Positions 34,510 to 36,225 of a DNA stretch of 36,225 nucleotides are shown here, piece by piece. The translations under genes were made by a program, and so were the position numbers. The notes beneath the pieces are model-generated. The model was not told the DNA's origin. It saw only the letters and a program-made list of their open reading frames with translations, and ran no database searches. Position 1 is the stretch's first letter, and every line of letters begins with the position of its first letter. The DNA comes from Atractiella rhizophila. Its lineage: Eukaryota. The DNA lies in contig MU271543.1 of the NCBI GenBank assembly GCA_021432655.1, positions 1 through 36,225 on the forward strand, in the 5' to 3' direction.

Positions 34510-35799
34510 TCAACTCGAAACTGTTCCGTCGTAAGGTTCTGGAAGAGGAGGGACACTTCCGGTTCGATGGAGGAATTTGTTCTCCTCGATAGTTGGAGAG
34601 ACCGACTCTCTTGTGCTGTTTCGTCGCACCAGTGCACCTGTAAATGATGCCAGTTGACTTGCCAGTCCTGATGAACCCAGCGGTACTGAATCTTCGAAAG
34701 GAGGCAGCATGAGATCCGTTTGAGGAGGGATAGGACGGAGTGGACGACAGGGAGGACGTGGTGTAGGAGGCATACGAAGGTCCGCTGGCAGTTGAGGAAT
34801 AGGTCCTAGAGCGGCGTCACTGGTGAAGGCGTAAGTCGATGCTAGGTCGGCAACAGGAATCCCGTGAGACTTCGTCCTGCGCATGTGATGTCTCCTCCTG
34901 TTCTTGATGGCGTTTTGCCTCTGCAGCTCCTTGGCTCTTCCCTGGCTCCTCACAAGCAACACTTCATAATATTGCCCGTCATTGTCGTCCCATATCTCGA
35001 GGTTACCGCAACGGAAGCGTACGCAGAATTGCAATCTTTTCTCCCACCACTTCCCACAGCCCTTCAAGGTGGTGTTTCTCGACATCTCATCCAGCCCGAT
35101 CTCAAACTCAAACTCCTCGAACGCTCGTCCCCTAGTCGTCCTCAAGGATGTGGCCAATACTTCTGAATGGCTCTTCCAGCCATCAACCGTCCATCTGACC
35201 AGCACACTTTTCCGAAAGGCTAGATTTTGAACGGCCACTCGTCCCCGCAAACAAGTCGGTGGGCCATCATCGAAAGCGGTAGGAGAGCAGAGGTCAATCG
35301 TTTCGAGGTACATTTCGGAATTGAGCGCTTTGGATGATGGGAATGGAGGGAAATTGACGAGATGCCGACTGATGAGCCACTTCTCGTCCTCTTCGTCGTC
35401 GGTGGAACATTCATAGTCCTCCTCGCATGGCTGGGAAGGATAGTCGATCCATTCTTGTTCCATCTGTTCTGTGACCGCTGTGCTTCTGATGACTGTCGGT
35501 TCATCCGTATATTGAAAAACCTTGATTTCTTCAGGATTGGGGTTAAAGTGTACACGACAGCACATCATAGAGCTGTCGGGAGGTTTTGAAGGCAATGAAC
35601 TGGCTAGAGGGGAGGATCGTAACGAGCTCTTGATTGGAGGAGCGGAGGCGGAGACGAGTGCTACTGCCTGTTTAGGGGAAGGTTGGGAGTCGGTAAGAGG
35701 GTCTGAGTCGGGGCGTAGAAGCAAGTAGCGAGTGACAGGGGCCTTCACTAGTTCGTCCGTTGTTTCGAGTACGGTGGTGGATGGCGAAAGGTATGGCAT
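34510..35799 (-). CDS. Protein phosphatase 1 glycogen-targeting regulatory subunit (CBM21 domain, Gac1/Pig-like)
   Basis: RVHF (RVxF) PP1-docking motif, then CBM21 motifs LRGRVAVQNLAFRKSVLVRWTVDGWKS..FEFEI..FCVRF..EIWDDNDGQYY. Confidence 0.88.
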   Translation of the reverse strand: MPYLSPSTTVLETTDELVKAPVTRYLLLRPDSDPLTDSQPSPKQAVALVSASAPPIKSSLRSSPLASSLPSKPPDSSMMCCRVHFNPNPEEIKVFQYTDEPTVIRSTAVTEQMEQEWIDYPSQPCEEDYECSTDDEEDEKWLISRHLVNFPPFPSSKALNSEMYLETIDLCSPTAFDDGPPTCLRGRVAVQNLAFRKSVLVRWTVDGWKSHSEVLATSLRTTRGRAFEEFEFEIGLDEMSRNTTLKGCGKWWEKRLQFCVRFRCGNLEIWDDNDGQYYEVLLVRSQGRAKELQRQNAIKNRRRHHMRRTKSHGIPVADLASTYAFTSDAALGPIPQLPADLRMPPTPRPPCRPLRPIPPQTDLMLPPFEDSVPLGSSGLASQLASFTGALVRRNSTRESVSPTIEENKFLHRTGSVPPLPEPYDGTVSS

Positions 35800-36225
35800 A
35801 ATGCTAACTATTTTATCAGCAGGCGAATTTATGTGTGAGAGCAGACTTACCTGCTAGTAATAGCAAAAGCGATAACTGGTGATAATATGGTTATCCAAGT
35901 GCTGAATAGTCGAATCGATGATTTGGTTCGAATGTGAGTTGGGAGGCAGCAGTCGAATGCTTCTTCATAAATACTTTCCCTTCAGATATTCCCGCACTAC
36001 CCATCCCGACCCGCACCCTTATTCCCTCGTCACGCAAAAAGGGTCGTTATGTAAAGTAAGGCACTCATTGAGAAGTATTGGAGGGATCGGGAGAGTCGCC
36101 TGCAGGTCGGAGATGTCCCGATGGACTTCCGAAAACCACTTTCCTTTTCTTTTCTTCGAATCCTTTTCTTCGGGATTCATCACAGCGTGCGGTAGCGGTG
36201 AAGATGTGCGCTCAAATAAGTTGAT

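Noticed and set aside
35804..35850. Short 5'-UTR intron upstream of the CBM21 gene
   Set aside because: Plausible GTAAGT..TAG intron but ordinary, with no sign of regulatory novelty.

Overview
Intron-rich fungal genomic DNA, most likely a basidiomycete. This is inferred from the protein families and the dense ~45-70 nt GT-AG introns with microexons. The left arm (1-11.5 kb) holds an auxin-efflux-carrier-family transporter, DNA polymerase delta subunit 2, a Pin4/Cip2-type RRM+R3H protein, a four-exon 80-aa secreted Kex2-type prepropeptide that the ORF track misses, and a cyclin L-like gene. The centre (~11.6-23.9 kb) is a nested transposon island. It contains a decayed DIRS/Ngaro tyrosine-recombinase retroelement, a 20-bp-period repeat array, and a decayed composite Helitron (Rep + PIF1 helicase) that itself carries a solo LTR and a TIR element. 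The right arm holds two F-box/LRR-like genes, PDX1 (pyruvate dehydrogenase protein X) with a ~1.1-kb insertion in intron 1, a DHA1 MFS transporter and a CBM21 PP1 glycogen-targeting subunit. All calls come from manual reading and motif recognition; no database searches were run. Gene coordinates span introns.
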